NCBI RefSeq assembly: GCF_001194135.2
Contig: NC_068991.1
Span: forward strand, 2,727,642-2,791,641
Origin: Octopus bimaculoides
Taxonomy: Eukaryota
Direction: 5' to 3'
Length of the DNA: 64,000 nt
The number at the start of each line of letters is the position of its first letter. Position 1 is the first letter of the stretch. Shown piece after piece: positions 60,745 through 64,000 of this stretch. A model generated the notes under the pieces. That model was not told the origin of the DNA and made no database searches. It was given only the letters and a program-made list of their open reading frames with translations. A program made the translations under genes and the position numbers.

Positions 60745-61644
60745 ATATATATATATAGATATACTTTTCTCTCTCTCTCTCCCTCTCTCTTTCCCTTTCT
60801 CTCTTTCACTTTCTCTCTTTCCCTTTCTCTCTTTCCCTTTCTCTCTTTCCCTTTCTCTCTTTCCCTTTCTCTCTTTCCCTTTCTCTCTTTCTCTTTTTAT
60901 CTCNNNNNNNNNNNNNNNNNNNNNNNNNNNNNNNNNNNNNNNNNNNNNNNNNNNNNNNNNNNNNNNNNNNNNNNNNNNNNNNNNNNNNNNNNNNNNNNNN
61001 NNNNNNNNNNNNNNNNNNNNNNNNNNNNNNNNNNNNNNNNNNNNNNNNNNNNNNNNNNNNNNNNNNNNNNNNNNNNNNNNNNNNNNNNNNNNNNNNNNNN
61101 NNNNNNNNNNNNNNNNNNNNNNNNNNNNNNNNNNNNNNNNNNNNNNNNNNNNNNNNNNNNNNNNNNNNNNNNNNNNNNNNNNNNNNNNNNNNNNNNNNNN
61201 NNNNNNNNNNNNNNNNNNNNNNNNNNNNNNNNNNNNNNNNNNNNNNNNNNNNNNNNNNNNNNNNNNNNNNNNNNNNNNNNNNNNNNNNNNNNNNNNNNNN
61301 NNNNNNNNNNNNNNNNNNNNNNNNNNNNNNNNNNNNNNNNNNNNNNNNNNNNNNNNNNNNNNNNNNNNNNNNNNNNNNNNNNNNNNNNNNNNNNNNNNNN
61401 NNNNNNNNNNNNNNNNNNNNNNNNNNNNNNNNNNNNNNNNNNNNNNNNNNNNNNNNNNNNNNNNNNNNNNNNNNNNNNNNNNNNNNNNNNNNNNNNNNNN
61501 NNNNNNNNNNNNNNNNNNNNNNNNNNNNNNNNNNNNNNNNNNNNNNNNNNNNNNNNNNNNNNNNNNNNNNNNNNNNNNNNNNNNNNNNNNNNNNNNNNNN
61601 NNNNNNNNNNNNNNNNNNNNNNNNNNNNNNNNNNNNNNNNNNNN

Positions 61645-61698
<54 letters not shown>

Positions 61699-62740
61699 CA
61701 CACAAACACACACACACACACGCACGCACATGCACATATGTCCGTATTCCGGATCTAAATATTTTAAAATGTCTCAAAATATTTTCCCCTCCCATGGAAT
61801 TCTTTATTAAATCCTTTGCACTTACAGCAATTTTTTTTCCTGAAGTATCATATTTCCAGCATCTCTACCCCTCCACACACACACACACACATGCTCTCTC
61901 ACATACAGGCGTGTTCGAATACACCCACATGTACACACACATACTGACATGCACACATACTGAGAGCGAAATACCCGAGTATCGTGCCGTAGAGCAGTGA
62001 TCTATCATAAGGCTGGCTTCGTAAAATCGCTTCGGGTACAAAATTGTTACGATATTTCGACGATAACTGACGTCGGGAGAGCATGTCCACATCGTGTGAG
62101 CGATTTTCCCGTGTGTTCTTCTGTCGTCCTTCTACATAATTGCTTAACCTTAATATGGTACAAATTAATGCAAGTTAAAAAGTTATGTTCTGAATGGCGT
62201 CTTTAAAATAAATAAAAAACAAACTTTTACTTTATTGTAACTTTTATATCTTAGTTGTTGAAAACCTAGCCACAGTTGTTGGTGACTCTGAAGGAACAGG
62301 AGCGGTAATCTCAAAAATGGGAATTTATCTCTGAAATGCAAATTACCTCAGCCATAAATGCATGGCTGCAGGAGATAAGGTTGAAGGTTGTGCTAATGAC
62401 GCATATTGAGCCAGAAACACGAGTCCACAACTGTCCTCTTATCTCCAGACGATAAGCTTGTCCTTTTCTTTAATGCTTTTTGGGGATTTTGAGATTCTCT
62501 CCCCTTCTCATATAGAACTGGTCTTAATTGTCATTTGGTAATTAAGAGACATCCTCTAAAGACGGAGATAATTTTAAGAAATCAATTATGTATCTTCTAT
62601 TGTATTACTTCTGTATTTGTCTGTGTTGTTCAAATACATGCCACTGGCCATTCTCGGTTATTTTTCTTAACCCATTTTTGTTTAATTTACATACTTAGGG
62701 GTAGAAGCGTCCTGATCTTTGTGTGCAGGGAAAGGACCAA

Positions 62741-62780
62741 CTACAGATATGTTTCGGCGTACGGGACCTCATCAGCATAG
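62741..62780 (-). ncRNA. Degenerate hammerhead ribozyme
   Basis: CUAUG CUGAUGA GGU-CCCGUAC-GCC GAAAC AU AUC UGUAG: intact core, but weak stems and GUC changed to AUC. Confidence 0.45.
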
Positions 62781-63874
62781 ACTGTGAATACAGTCTTATG
62801 ATGCCTATCGATCAAACTGACTTACATGTAAATAATATAAATTTACTTTGAGACATTAATTCCTAACATCTTAGAATTATCTCCCTCTATTTTGAGAACT
62901 GCTAACAATAATCGCTGGAAAGAAATTCCAATTAAAAATTCCTTGAGCGATCCAAATTCACGTTATTAACCGGTTTGAGTTATTCCCCTTAGCTCGTATT
63001 ATCTTTGATTTTGTAAATAAATATTTTGTCGACTCAATTGTAAAATATAGCCCAAGGTATATATTTAGGCAGAGGCATGGCTGTGTGGTAAGAAGTTTAC
63101 TTCCCAACCAGATGGTTCTGGGTTCAGTCCCACAGCGTGGCACCTTGGTCAAGTGTCTCCTACATGAATTAACACAAACTAACATAAATTATCATAAATT
63201 AACATAATATTATGGAAACTGAATTTTGTTGGCATAGCATGAACGAACGATTAAGAAGTTCGCTTCGTAACTGCAAAATACCAGGTTCGATCCCATTGCA
63301 AGCGGGTTTTAGGCAAATGTCATTATCTGTGACGGCGGATCGACATATAGCTTGTGAAAGGAATCGGGTAGGCAGAAACTCAATGAGAATCCCTTCGGGT
63401 GGATTGTACCTGTGATTTAAAAGATACATCCTTGTCACACGGTGTGATACGCCGATTCTGTTTGAGAATTACGTAAAGGGTACATGCGCCTGTGGAATGC
63501 TCTGCTACGTACGCGTTACTTCCTAAAAAGGAATGTCAATTCAGTTGTTTGAATATCTGAATGCTCGACGCCGAACGACGGAGATCCATCACTAGACTGA
63601 ATTTAAGGAAAAAAAAAAAAACTAAGATTGTGTGTATGTGTGTGTGTGTGTGTGTGTTCTTTTATTCTTTTACTTGTTTCAGTCATTTGGTTGCGGCCAT
63701 GTTGGAGCACCGCCTTGAAGGTTTTTAGTCGAAGAAATCAACCTCAGAATTTATTTTTTTATGCTTAGTACTTACTCTATCGGTTTCTTTTGCTGAACCG
63801 CTAAGCTATGGAGACGTAAACACGGCAACACCGGTTGTCAAGCGGTGATGGAGGGGAGCAAACACAGACACAAA

Positions 63875-63921
<47 letters not shown>

Positions 63922-64000
63922 GAGGGGCTTCTTTCCACCTACCAAATTCACTCACAAGGCTACAGCCTTCGTTTTAGAGTCAGCCAGGGCTGCATTTTCT

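Overview
Eukaryotic, microsatellite-saturated scaffold with many N gaps. The (AT)n/(AC)n/(AAT)n load and the tRNA-derived SINE families look like an octopus/coleoid cephalopod genome (inference from repeat content, not proven). Two protein-coding genes are supported. (1) The last two coding exons of a Fos/ATF3/BATF-type bZIP factor on + (1104-2392); its start lies upstream of the window. (2) A complete WDR81 orthologue (BEACH + WD40) on - (39679 to 6693). I traced it by hand as 27 GT-AG exons with consistent phases: 6204 nt, 2067 aa + stop. A candidate pair of 13+17 nt microexons may add 10 aa. From about 40 kb to the end no gene could be identified with confidence. That part holds SINEs, mariner relics, REL-type LINE relics, simple repeats and a few candidate promoter/exon islands. 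The most interesting unexplained signals are four minimal type I hammerhead-ribozyme folds. One of them lies behind a tRNA-like Pol III head inside a Penelope-like fragment in WDR81 intron 1. Also notable are the frame-interdependent microexon pair, a perfect 136-bp intronic palindrome and an intronic DR1 array. No prokaryotic-type system or CRISPR array is present.
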